This document shows positions 49,235-61,372 of a stretch of 64,000 nucleotides of DNA, one piece after another. A program made the translations under genes and the position numbers. The stretch comes from Chiloscyllium plagiosum (lineage: Eukaryota): contig NC_057745.1 of assembly GCF_004010195.1 (NCBI RefSeq), forward strand, positions 24,519,593 through 24,583,592. The letters run 5' to 3'. The notes below the pieces were generated by a model. It did not search any database and was not told the DNA's origin. It saw only the letters and a list, made by a program, of their open reading frames with translations. Position 1 is the first letter of the stretch, and the number at the start of each line of letters is the position of its first letter.

Positions 49235-51090
49235 GAGAGTGACAGAGAGACTTGGAAGATGCAGAACGTGGGGAAATAAATAGTGGTATCTTAAAAAATG
49301 TCCATGTTATAGAGCAGGAGCTACTGGATAACTTCAAGTGTACAAAGGTAGATAAATCCCAGGGACCTGATCAGGTATACCCTTGAACTCTGTGGGAAGC
49401 TAGGGGAGTGATTGCTGAGCCTCTTGCTGAGGCATCTGAAATATCAATAGCCACACGTTAGGTGCTGGAAGTCTGGAGGTTGGCTAATGTGGTGCCAGTA
49501 TTTAAGAAAGGGGTAAGGAAAAGGCAAGAAACTATAGACCAGGGGGTGAGCCTGACATCGGTGGTGGGCAAATTGTTGGAGGGAATCCAGAGGGATAGGA
49601 TTTACATGCATTTGGAAAGGCAAGGACTGATTAAGGATAATCAACATGGCTTTGTGTGTGTGGGAAATTGTGTCTCACTAAATTGAGGTTTTTGAAGAAG
49701 TAAAGAAGAGGATTGATGAGAGCAGAGCGATAGACATGATCTAAACAGACTTCAGTAAAGAGCGATAGACATGATCTAAACAGACTTCAGTAAGGTTCCT
49801 TATGGTAGACTGGTTAGCAAGGTAAGGTCTCATGGAATACAGGGAGACTCGCTATTTGGATACAGAACTGGTTCAAAGGTGGAAGACAGAGGATGGTAGT
49901 GGAGGGTTGCCTTTCAGACTGGAGGCCTGTGACCAGTGGTATGCCACAAGGATCGGTGCTGGGTCCACTACTTTTCGTCATTTATATAAATGATTTGGAT
50001 GTTAACACAGGAGGCATGCTTAATAAATTTGCAGATCACACCAAAATTGGAAGTGTCGTGGACAGTGAAGAAGATTACCTCGAGTACAATGGAATCTTGA
50101 TCAGATCAGCCAATGTGCTGAAGAGTGGCAGATGGAGTTTAATTTCGATAAAGGTGGGGTGCTGAATTTTGGAAAGGCAAATCAGGATAGGACTTATACA
50201 CTGAATGGTAAGGTCCAGGGAAGTATTGCTGAACAAAGAGGCCTCGGAGTGCAGGTTCATAGTTTCTTGAAAGTGGAGTTGCAGGTAGATAGGTAGGATA
50301 AGGCATTTGGTATGCTTTCTTTTATTGGTCAGTGTATTTAATATAGGAGTTGGGAGATCATGTTGCAGTTGTACAGGGCATTGGTAAAGCCACTTTTGGA
50401 ATACTGCATGCAAATCTGGTCTCCCTCCTTGAGGAAGGATGTTGTGAAAGGGATCAGAAAAGATTTACAAGGATTTTGCCAGGGTTAGAGGGTTTGAGCT
50501 TTAGGGAGAGGCTGAATAGGCTGGGGTATTTTCTCTGGAGTGATTGATGCTGAGGGGTGACTTTATAGAAGTTTATAAGATCATGAGGAACATGGATAGG
50601 GTAAATAGACAAAGCCTTTTCCCTGGGGTGGGGGAATCCAAAATTAGAGGGCATAGATTTAAGGTAAGAGTGGAAAGATATGAAAGGCACCTAAGTGGCA
50701 ATGTTTTCAAGCAAAGCTTGGTGCGCGTTTGGAATGAGTCACCAGAGGAAATGGTGGAGGCTGGTTTAATATATTGCTTCAGTTACATGACACTGTAATC
50801 TTTTACTATAAATTCTGTCTCTTATGATCCTGCTGCACAGCTACCTGATGAAAGAACAGTGCTCTGAAAGCCAATGCTTCCAAATAAACCTGTTGGACTA
50901 TAACCTGGTGTTGTGTGATTTGTAACATTTAAAAGGCATCCGGATGGGTACATAAATAGGAAGATTTTAAAGGGATATGGACCAAATGCTGGCAAATGAG
51001 ACTAGATTACTCTAGGGTATCTGGGTCAGCATGGATGAGTTGGAGCGAAGGGCCTGTACCTGTGCTATCTAACTCAGTGACTGTATGACT
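49235..51090 (+). mobile_element. CR1 ORF2 fragment with a Penelope family A insert (~50765-50925)
   Basis: [27 protein letters not shown] motifs; the insert contains cctgatga...gaaagc and aacctgttggactataacctgg. Confidence 0.9.
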
Positions 51091-51169
51091 GACGTCTTTG
51101 CAGCCTTTGGCAAGTCTAAGTGTAGATTTTCACTCAGACAAACTACAAATTAAAGTTAATCTGAGAGCT

Positions 51170-52600
51170 GTTGCTTGGCAGTTTTCTTTCAGTCCAATGG
51201 TGTCATCTTGTCTTATAAAAATATCCAACCCAGTTCTCCAGATGTTACATGCCCTTAAGAAACCAATAAATCAATGCTGCACAGTTGCACGTTTTCTTTG
51301 AGTTGTAAAAAATATCCAGTAATTCAATCTTCCACTTTTAAGATCTGACTGTAACTTTGGTAACACTGAACCTGCTTTCTAAGCATCAGTTAAAGAAGAC
51401 ATGCGTTTTTGAATTGCCCCATCCATTACAGGGACTGAAACATCTGCTACACTATTACTTTTGACCTCTGTTGATGCATTTTGCTGAGTCATTGCTATGG
51501 CCACCACATGCAATGGAAAAATACCTAGAACTTGTTCTTTTAACTGTTCCATCTCTTTAACTTACTTGGACTTCCTCTGATTATAGGTGAAGCTACAGCT
51601 TTTACTCCAGTCAAATCATTACCTATGATATGTCAACTCTGCCCATGGGCAATTTCTGAACCACTCCTACTTCCACTGTTCCAGATAGCAAGTCACATCC
51701 TAAGTGGCCTTTGTACAAAGAAAAGGGTATATATTCTTCACTTATCCAATTTATTAAACTTCATCTTTCAAAGTTTTCTCTGGAGGAAAATCTGTGTCAT
51801 TCTCCAGCAAATGAGTTTGAGTAGCTCTTGTATCACTTAATATCGTCATGTGCCATTTGAAGAAAAATAGGTTACCTTTCCTTTCAAAAAAATGCTTTGC
51901 ACCTTTCATCTAATTTATCAATCTGTCCTTCACTCACAGTAGCATAGTTGTAATTAAAGTTACAATTTGATCCATTACAATTCCTTTTGAATTCTTTTTT
52001 CAGCTTCATTCTTATGAGTGGACAGCCTTTGGTGACTGTCTGTGTGGAGTTTGCAATTTCTCTCTGTGTCTCTGCAGGTTTCCTCCCACAATCCAAAGAT
52101 GTGTAGCCAGGTGAATTGGCCATGCTAAATTGCCCATTGTGTTCAGGGATGCGTAGGTTAAGTGTATTAATCAGGGGTAAATGCAGAATAATGGTAATAG
52201 GTTTGGCTGGGATACTGGTCAGTGTGGACTTGTTGGGCTTTAGGGATTCTACTCCATAACCCCAATATATTTCATGGGCTTCCCTCATAGTTTCCAGCAT
52301 ACTGAACCAATGTATTTCACTTTGTTAAAAATCAGAATAGTGAAGCCTATGATTTTCACTTTCACCCTCAGCACATTCCTTGCTGGATAAGTAAACAGTG
52401 GAACATTCCCAGTTGTCCCTCCTCTACCCTGGCTTCTTGCCTCCTTTTCATTCTCCCCACCTTCAATCTTTTTTGAGCTTATAGGATGACAGAAAAAAAT
52501 GTTTAATTTCCTGGATCAGCTGATAATTGTCAGCCATTCCTTTTGCCTGTCTCGGAGTTGCAGCATCCTGGCCTTCAATGAGATAAATATTCATGTTTGA
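51170..52600 (-). mobile_element. Gmr1-like Ty3/Gypsy gag-protease relic, split by an HE1-like SINE (~52030-52250, +)
   Basis: Degenerate DTRATQTHLL (cf. DTGATQSLL), GVVQKLPMGRVD..GNDLTG (cf. LLGNDLAG) and MADNYQL motifs. Confidence 0.6.
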
Positions 52601-52671
52601 ACAAGGTAACATCAAACAAACTTGGGCAAGTAAAGTGTAATTATATCTCTACTCTAAATATAGCTACTGAC

Positions 52672-52972
52672 CTTGTGCAGAAAGAGCTATGTCTCGAGGA
52701 CATCAGGTGACATGAAATGGGAGTTCTGAGGAAGGGTCACTTAACCCAAAACATTAACTCTGAATTCTCTCCACAGATGCTGCCAGGCCTGCTCAGCTTT
52801 TCCAACAATTTCTGTTTCTGTACATGAAACTGGAGCCTGAGGGTGTAGAGCTCCAGAAGATGTCCTTTGTTATAATTCCTTGTATTGAGTTATGGTAATA
52901 AAGCCCATTAATGTTCACTCGCCTGATTGCAGAGCTCATCTTACTACAGTTGCAAATATTTTGGAGCACAAC
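52672..52972 (-). pseudogene. Pseudo-exon interrupted by a Penelope family D repeat (52724-52821)
   Basis: ttgcatttag|VVLQNICNCSKMSSAIRRVNINGLYYHNSIQGIITKDIFWSSTPSGSSFM[insert]SPDVLET*LFLHK|gtcagt; 189 nt after removing the insert and one TSD copy (acatgaaa..ggag, 52710-52723 and 52822-52835). Confidence 0.75.
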
Positions 52973-53474
52973 CTAAATGCAATTAAGTGTACAGAGTAGG
53001 AATTGAGCTTGAATCAAATGGCTGAGGAAGGTTATTGTTGAACAGTGTGCATATTTTCCGAAGCAACATTTTAGCTGACATCGTCCCTTTGGCTTAAATA
53101 TTTTCCTGACCTACTTGCTTCAAAGTGTTTTCCTGAAACAGACCATTAGAATCATAGAATTTTACAGTGTAGAAGGAGGCCATTCAACGCATCATGTCTG
53201 TACCAGCTCCTGAATGAGCTACCTAGCTAGGCCCATTCTAAAGCCCTACCTAGCTAGGCCCATTCTAAAGCCCTATCACCGTAGCCCTCAAAATTAATGA
53301 TATTCAAGAAACCTGAAACCTCATATGGAATCCACCTGCTCCACTTTCACAGGTAAGCACATTCTACATTCTGACAACTTTCTGAGTAAAGAAATTTACC
53401 CTCATTCAACTCTTTGCTCTCTTGTTCAGACAGTGCTCTGAAAGAAGCTGAAAAGAAATGCTTATCCAATATGA

Positions 53475-56400
53475 ATAGAGTCATAGAGTCAAAGAGTCAT
53501 ACAGCTTGGAAACAGACCCTTCGGTCCAACTCATTTACTACATTGTCTGTGTTTGGCCCATATCCTTCTAAATTTTTCCTATCCATATACCCGTTCAAAT
53601 GTCTTTTAAATTAAATTGTAAGCATGTCTATCACTTCCTCTGGCAGCTCATTCCATATACACACCACCCTTTATGTGAAAAAGTTGCCCCTTAGGTCTTT
53701 TTAAAATGTTTCCTCTCTCACTTTAAACCTATGTCCTCAAGCTTTTGACTCCCCTATCCTCGGGAAAAGGTCTTGGCAATTTAACTTATCTATGCCCCTC
53801 ATGATTATATAAACCTCTATAAGGTCCCGTCAGCCTCCTATACTCCAAGTTTGGTGACATCTGCAAACTTACTTGTCACGCCTCCTGTATTCTCATCCAA
53901 ATCATTTATATATGACAGTAGATCCAGCACCGATCCATGTGACACACCACTGGTCACTGGTCTTCAGTCTGAACAACAACCCCCTGTTTCCTACCTTCAA
54001 GCCAATTATGTATCCACCAGTCTCTGTAATATGCTTCTAAATCTTTTTTACACTCTTTCCAGTTTAAAAACAACCTTTCCATACAGGGCAACCAGAATTG
54101 TATGCAGCATTCCAAAGGTGGCCTAACCAATTTCTTGTGCAGCCATAACATGCCAATACTCAATGCTCTGACTGGTGAAGGAAAGTGTTCTAAAGGCCTT
54201 CTTTGCAGTCCTGTCTACCTGTGACACCACTTTCAAGAAACTCTGTACCTGCAAACCTGTTCAACAACACTCCCCAGGGCCCTACCATTAACTATATAAG
54301 TCTTGTCTTGGTTTGTTTTACCAAAATGCAACACCTTGTATTTATTTGAATTAAACTCCACCCACCATCCCTCAGCCCATTGGCCCAGTTGATTAAGATC
54401 CTATTGTACTCTTAGATAACCTTCTTCACTGTCCATTTTACCACCAATGTTGGTATCATCCACAAACTTATTAACCATGGCTCCTATCTTCTCACCCAAA
54501 TCCTTTGTGTAAATGATGAACAACTGTGGACTCAGCACTGATATATTTGGCACACTGCGGTCACAGGCCTTCAGGCAGAACAACAACTCTAACACCACTT
54601 CCTGTATCCTACTGTCAAGCCAATTTTGTATCCAATTGGCTAGCTCTCCCTGGATCTCATTTGCTCTAAGCTTACTGATGGATTTGATTTATTGTCACGT
54701 GTACCTAAGAATAATGAAAAGCTTTATTTATGAGCAGTACAGACAGATCATAGTCAGCAAAGGCATTCAGATCATAAGGTGGTTAAAAAAAGCTAGGACA
54801 GAGGCATACAGGTTATAATGCACAGGGTGTGCACTAGGCAAGATCAACATTAGCAAGATCAACATTAGTTGAATTTAGAGAATCCATTCATCAGTCTAAT
54901 ATCGGCAGGAAAGAAGCTATTCTTGAACCTGCTGATCGTGTGTCCAAGCTTTGGCATCTTTCACCTGACAGAAGAGGTTGTAGGAGAGTATTACCAACAT
55001 GGGATGGGTCTTTGATGATGTTGGCAGCCTTTTTGTGGCAACAAGAAGTATAAATGGAATCCATGGATGGAAGGTTGGCTTCTGTGATGGTCTGGGCCAT
55101 ACACACAATCTTCTGTAGTTTCCTATAGAGCAGTTGCCATACCAAGCCGCTATGCACCTAGATAGTATGCTTTCTGTGGTGCATCTGCAGAAGTTAGTGA
55201 GGGCCCTTGTGGACATGCCAAATTTCCTGAGCCTCTTGAGGATGAAGAGGTGTTGTTGTGTCTTCTTGACCATCGCATGTATATGGGAAATCCAGGACAG
55301 GTTCTCATCACTCGGAGGAACTTGACACTCCCAACTCTCTCAACCTCAGCTCTGTTGATGTAGTTGGAGGTGTGTTCTCCTCCTTTCTTTCTGAAGTCAA
55401 TGATCAGTTCTGTAGTTTTGCCGAAGTTGAGAGAGAGTTTGTTCTCATTGCACCACGTCATCAAGCCCTCTATCTTCTTTCTGTATTCTGCCTCATCGTT
55501 GTTTGAAATCCATCCTACCATAGTGGTGTCATCAGTAAATTTGCAGATGATGTTCATTTGAAATTAGCAACACAGTCGTGAATATACAGGGAGTTCAGTA
55601 GGGGATTGAGAATGTATCCTCGGGGGGATCCAGTTTTGGGTGTTTTCGTGGATGACGTGCTGTTGTCTATCTTCACTGATTGTGGTCTGTCAGTCAGGAA
55701 GCTGAGGATTCAGTTTCAGAGGGCGGAATTGGCACCTAGGTCTTGGAGTTTTGAGGTCAGTCTGGAGGGGATAATGGTGTTCAAGGCAGAGCTGTAGTTG
55801 ATGAGCTCGTCTGACATAGTCTAACCAGGCTACCATGAGGAACCATGTCGCAAACTTTGCTGATGTACATGTCAACTATGTCTACCACTCTGCCTTCATC
55901 TAAACTTTCGGTCACCTCTTTAAAAAACTCATTGGGCTCACCGGTCTGTAATTCCCTGGCTTTTCCTTGCAGCCTTTCTGAAATAATGGCACAACATTAG
56001 CTGCCAACATTATCTAGTCTTCTGCATCTCATCTGTGACTGTTGATAGTACAAAGATCTGTTAGAGGCCTTGTAATTTCTTCCCTAGCTACCCACAATGT
56101 CCTTGGATACACTTAACTAAGTACCAGGAATTTATCAACCTTTATGCATTTTAAAACTTCCAGCACCTATTTTCAAGACATCTTTCTTTATTTTCCGAGT
56201 TCTCTAGCTTCCATGTGTTTCTCCACAACAAATACTGAGTGAAATATTCGTTTAGGACCTCACCCATCTCCTATGGTTCCACACATATATGGCCTTGTAG
56301 ATCTTTAAGGGGCCCCAAACTCTCCTTAGTTACTTTTGATATACTTGTAGAATCTCTATGGATAATCTTTAATCTTATCTGCCAAAGCTATCTCATGTCC

Positions 56401-57780
56401 CCTTTTTGTCCTCCTAATTTCACTCTTAAGTGTACTCCTACACCTCCTGTAGGAGTTCACTTGATTCTAGCTGTCCATATCTAACATATGCCTCCTTCTT
56501 TTTCTTGATCACAACCTCAATATCTCTAGACATCCAATGCTCCCTACTCATACTGGTCATGCCCCTCTCACTAGCAGGAATATGCTCTCTCTGAACTTTC
56601 AGTTCATAGCTTTTGAAAGCCTTCTATTTTCTAGATGCCCTCTTTCCTGCAAGAAACTGCCCCAACCAACTTTTGAAAGTTCCAGTCTAAAACTACCAAA
56701 ATTGGCTTTGCCCGGTTTAACACTTTAACTTGTGGATTACCCTTATCCTTTTTTCAAAACTAATTTAAAACTAACAGAATTATGTCCACTGGTCCCAAAG
56801 TGTTCCCCAACTAACACCTCAGTCACTTACCCTGCCTTATTTCTCAAGAGGAGGTAAACATTTTCCCTTTCTCTGGTGGGGCTATCTACGTATTGATTCA
56901 GAAAGTTTTCTTGAAAACACTTAATAAATTCCTCCCCATCCAAGTCCTTATACTATGGCAGTCCCAGTTTATGTTTGGAAAGTTAAAATCTCCTACTATC
57001 ACAACATTATTAATATTACCAGCTATTTGCAATCTCCCTACATATTTGCTCTATAGTTTCCCATTGATTATTCGGGGGGCCTATAGTACATTCCCAGCAA
57101 AATAATTAGCCCCTTCTTCTTTCTCAGTTTCATCCATATAGCTTCACTGGACAATTCCCTTGGAATATTCTCTCTAAGTACTGCCATGATGTTTTCCCTA
57201 ATCAAAAGCACAACACCCCTCCTCTGTGCCCCCTATTCTATCCTCCCTATTGCCTCTGTACCCCAGATCATTGAGCTGCCAGTCCTATCCTTTCCTCAGC
57301 CATATTTCTGTAATAGCTATGATATCCCAGTTCCTATGTTTCCATCCATGCCCTGAGTTCATCTGCCTTACCTGTCAGGCATCTTGCATTGAAATAAATG
57401 CATTTTAATTCATCCGTATTCTCTCATTCTCTGCCATGCTCTTGCCTGTCTCTTTAGCTTCTGTAACAGCCTCAACCTTCCCTGTTGTCTCACTACCAGT
57501 TAGGATCCGATCCCCTACCAGACTAGTGTAAAGCATCCCGAGTAGCTTGAGTAAATCTCCCTGCCATGGTATTGGACTCCCTCCAGTTCAGGTACAACCT
57601 GTCCCTCTTGTCCAAGTCCCCTCTGCCCCAGAAGATGTCCCAATGATCCAAAAGTCTGAATCCCTGCCCCCTGCAGCAGCTCCTCAGCCACTCACTCCTC
57701 TTTTTCCTCCTGCTCTATCCTCCTATTCCGACTCTCACTAGCATGTGGCGCCGGGAGTAATCCAGAGATTACTATCCTTG
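53475..57780 (-). mobile_element. Rearranged, decayed CR1 (3' end to ORF1) hosting a Rex/Babar LINE
   Basis: tagagtcatagagtc tail; KFVDDTNIGG; APE and esterase DNA at ~56900-57780. Confidence 0.8.
54680..55818 (-). mobile_element. Rex1/Babar-type LINE 3' fragment
   Basis: KFTDDTTMVG...LSLNFGKTTELIIDFRK; KKTQQHLFILKRLRKFG...ESILSRCIAAWYGN; tail acacgtgacaataaatcaaa. Confidence 0.85.
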
Positions 57781-57885
57781 TAAAAGTTGGTGAAATCAAC
57801 AAGGTGACTAACTTGTACTTGACCATTCCACTTGGCCGTTCCTGATGATTTCAATCAATTGCATATTTATTTCAAACAGTTGCAA

Positions 57886-58225
57886 GGGGGCAATGGCCTA
57901 GTGGTATTATCACTGGATTGTTGGCTCAGGTATTGCTCTGTGGAACCTGTGTTCGAATTTAGCCACAGCAGATGGTGGAATTTGAATTCAATACAGATCT
58001 GGAATTGGGAGTCTAATGATGACCATGTTGATTGTCAGGAAAAACCCATCTGGTTCACTAATGTCCTTTAGGGAAGGAAGCTGCCATCCTTACCTGTTCT
58101 GGCCTACATGTGACTCCAGACCCACAACAATGAGATTGACACCTAACTGCTCTCCTAACTCCCAATTAAGGATGGGCAATAAATGCTGGCCTAGCCAGCA
58201 ATGCCCCATCCAAAGGATTTTAAAA
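57886..58225 (+). mobile_element. tRNA-derived SINE with LINE-like tail
   Basis: tggcctagtgg A box, gttcgaatt B box, tail gggcaataaatgctggcctagccag. Confidence 0.8.
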
Positions 58226-58798
58226 ATGTTACTCATCTGGGTTAATACTCAGTGACCTTTTGATTCTCACATTTTCAGCACACAGTGCTAATTCCTTTGA
58301 ATTCCATCTCATGCTGAGTCTAATGTCACCAAGCACTTCATTACTGAAACACATCATTGTCACTGATTGCACCCAGTTTCTGATCATTAATTTGCATTAC
58401 CATGGTGATTTAACACATTTTCAACACTTTGGATCAGTCTCCTGGAGCAATTTCCATTGATTGAACCTTGTTACCCATTATTGATCCACTGATCTCTCCT
58501 GTGTCTTTATCACTTGCCTACTCTCACTTTCCTTGGCCAGTTGCTGTGAATCTGTCACTTTTCCCCATCCTCTTAGACATTCTCCCTAATCTATTGCTGA
58601 GGAGCAAGTTATACTGTTGAAACTTTTTACACTGCACTCATCAGGACAGGCTCAAGAATGCCAAATTTCAAAGGGAGCAACAATTTATACTGTATGAGAA
58701 AAAGGTGCTGATTGGCAAGCTGACTCTGATTAATTAGGGCATTGCCACAAAACTATTGTCCCGAATGTTTTTGATTATCATTTCATCAAGTAAATTAC

Positions 58799-61372
58799 GT
58801 TGACTTTTCCAGCGTGGTTTTGTTGACAGTATCTTTTATAACACAACTCTTGAAGTTTGATTTTGACTGCTCCACCTGTTTCCATAATTGCTCCCTGGGC
58901 CAGTTAAGCTGATTTCATCCTTCAGTTGGAAAGATTTTTCCATTCTAACCTGCTGAAGGAGAGTCATGGAAACCAATAACTTATCTCACAGTCACTCACC
59001 TATCCATCCACCTCTTCCAACTCCTATCATCTCTAGTCTCCTTTACACACAGACCGCAGCTGACACAGAACCTTTTTTTTAGACAGTTGATTATGAAGCT
59101 CTGGCCACACGGTAATCTATTAAAGATGAACTTTAATTATAAAAGATATATTTCAGCTCTTCTAATCTTGATGCTGTAAAAAAGGCTTGCTGTGGGATGT
59201 TTATATTTTCCTTCAGTTCAAGATTTTGGTGTCTGGAAGTATTTCTCAACCATAAACAGTTTTAAAAATAAATGTTTTTTAACATTAAATGCTAACTTAA
59301 CAGTGCTCCTTCATTCTCTACATACTATCTTCTTGAATGAAATCACTGGAAACATAATAACAATTATAGAGTAATTATTTTCTTCATGGTTGCTTACAGA
59401 TACACAATGAGACCATTCACTTCCTTGTCCAGATTCTATAATCTACACATCACACTATGTATGACCAATTCATCAGAAGACACTAATTTAGTAATATGTG
59501 CGACTCCTCAATCTAATTTTGTGAATTTTATTGCAAATAAAGAACAAGAATTTACTGTGAATGAAACCTGTAGTGTATGGATTGATATTCCAATTCAGCT
59601 GCTGTACTAATATAATTGACTTCACCCGATGAAGAGGCAGCTCTTCAAAAGCTTGTGATTTCAAATAACCTGTTGGACTATAACCTGGTGTTGTGTGACT
59701 TTTGACCTTGTCCACACTAGTCAAACACCAGCACCTCCACATCATGATATAATTTCCAGTATAACTATTTAATCTTTGGACTATTTGGCTTGCTCGCTAT
59801 AATACACAAAGGAGCAAACAGACAAGAGAAAGGCTGTAAAAATACAATCACAACTGAACATCCTTTCATCATGATATGTTTCAGGATATTATGATGATTA
59901 TAGTGTAGCTATAATTACAAAGTAAATCTCCAGCATTTTCTTTTCAATAATCACTTTCCCACTACAAAGTGACTAAAGAGAAAAGTTATTGACGTGTAAA
60001 ATTTTACAAGAAGGTGATCAATGGGTAGCACCAAAAATATTTTTGAAAACCCACACTGAGACTTAAATAATAACAGTTATGATGTATAAATAAAATGTTC
60101 ATTCTCATTGCTTTCACAAATCATATTATCCTTCCTTGATGCTCCAGGACTGCATAGCAGCCATCCACACTAATTAAACCCTGCAGTGCACATATTCCTT
60201 TATCAAAGGCTGTTTATACTTTCATTCTGAATTCTCCTAAACATATATATAATTCACTGGTTCCTTTATCTTCCTTTTAACTGAGCGCTGCATTTTTGTC
60301 AATAACTGTTGTCATTCATTTAGGAAAGAAAATTGGCTTCATCTGAGGTCTCTATCAGAGTTCCAACAAATCAGGTTAATTGGCGATCAACAGCATCTTT
60401 CTCTCTTTAATGAGGCAGTGTAGCCCAAGGCAAAAGACCCATCCCATGATGAGAGACATTCCTCTCTCCTTCTCCAGCTCTTTGATCACTTCTGGTATGA
60501 GACAACAGTAGGGAATAGCATTGTTTTTAATTGCCTTATTACTAAGTGGACAATATCGGTACTAATAATTAATAATTTTTTCATATAGGTTATTACCACA
60601 AGACTGATTAGAATCCAGCAACTCCTGTTTTTACATTAGACCTTAAATTTTGAATGGATTGGTAATTAAACCTGTTTTTAGAATGTTTCTAAAATGTAAA
60701 TCCATTCCATGACAATGTATGTGCACGTGTTGCATGAGGAGAAATACTAATGTTCTCCTTCATTCTCTAAAAAATTAATTACTGAATTACAGAAGACCAA
60801 AACAACTAATGCCAAAAATTACTGAAATTATATAAATATGTATATATAGCCCTGATATGATACGCTCTATATATATTGCCCTGACGTTACCACTGACAAT
60901 ATGGACAAATGCTTAGCATGTTCTCATAACATTTCTTACCATTTTAACAATTGAAGTTAACCCATTAATTTAAAGTTACCACTTCAGCTCAAAATAATGG
61001 TAAAGGAATGCTGTGTGAAGTTATTAACCTGCTAATATTGTGAATATAAATGTTTGAAAATGTCACTGTTTTGGCCATTTGATCAGAGCTGGAAAGTGAC
61101 AGATGTCTCTTCTATGTGGCAAAATGAAGGGCAGCAGAAAAAAGGGTTGTCTAGGAGACACTTGAATGACAGATGCCACCATGTGATTGCAGACAAGCTG
61201 CAGTGGATGTCTGAGGATGACATAAGACAGATGAATGTGGCATACCCTGACAGACGTTTCCCTTCTTGGATTTGCTACAAGCAACAGCAGCAATTTTTGA
61301 TTGCATTTCTTTTCGTGTTCAAGTCTTCAAGTTGCAGTTCAATGTGATCTCAACAGTACAGATTTGGCAATT
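58799..61372 (-). pseudogene. Three candidate upstream pseudo-exons (58799-58949, ~60350-60491, 61246-~61372)
   Basis: NGKIFPTEG*NQLNWPREQLWKQVEQSK; VIKELEKERGMSLIMGWVFCLGLHCLIKERKMLLIAN*PDLLEL; *DHIELQLEDLNTKRNAIKNC...*QIQEGKRLS; splice sites partly visible but the phase chain is not closed. Confidence 0.45.
59618..59746 (+). mobile_element. Penelope family A pLTR copy with a decayed hammerhead
   Basis: cacccgatgaag...aaaagcttgtg; ends at catcatg; TSD atataatt (59610-59617 and 59747-59754). Confidence 0.75.

Larger units (their letters stand above)
344..52972 (-). pseudogene. Decayed multi-exon protein-coding gene (unprocessed, possibly unitary, pseudogene); protein family unidentified; may extend to ~61370
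   Basis: Hand-reconstructed chain of exon-like blocks with splice signals. Phases match continuously from 52972 to 27718 (0-0, 0-1, 1-0, 0-1, 1-0, 0-2, 2-0, 0-2, 2-2) and again for 17136 > 13813 > 13190 and 6015 > 1741 > 1045. In-frame stops are present and three exons carry TE insertions. Confidence 0.8.

Noticed and set aside
57886-57970. tRNA genes at A/B-box motifs (also 5605, 24330, 40105)
   Set aside because: These are SINE heads followed by SINE bodies, with no complete cloverleaf.
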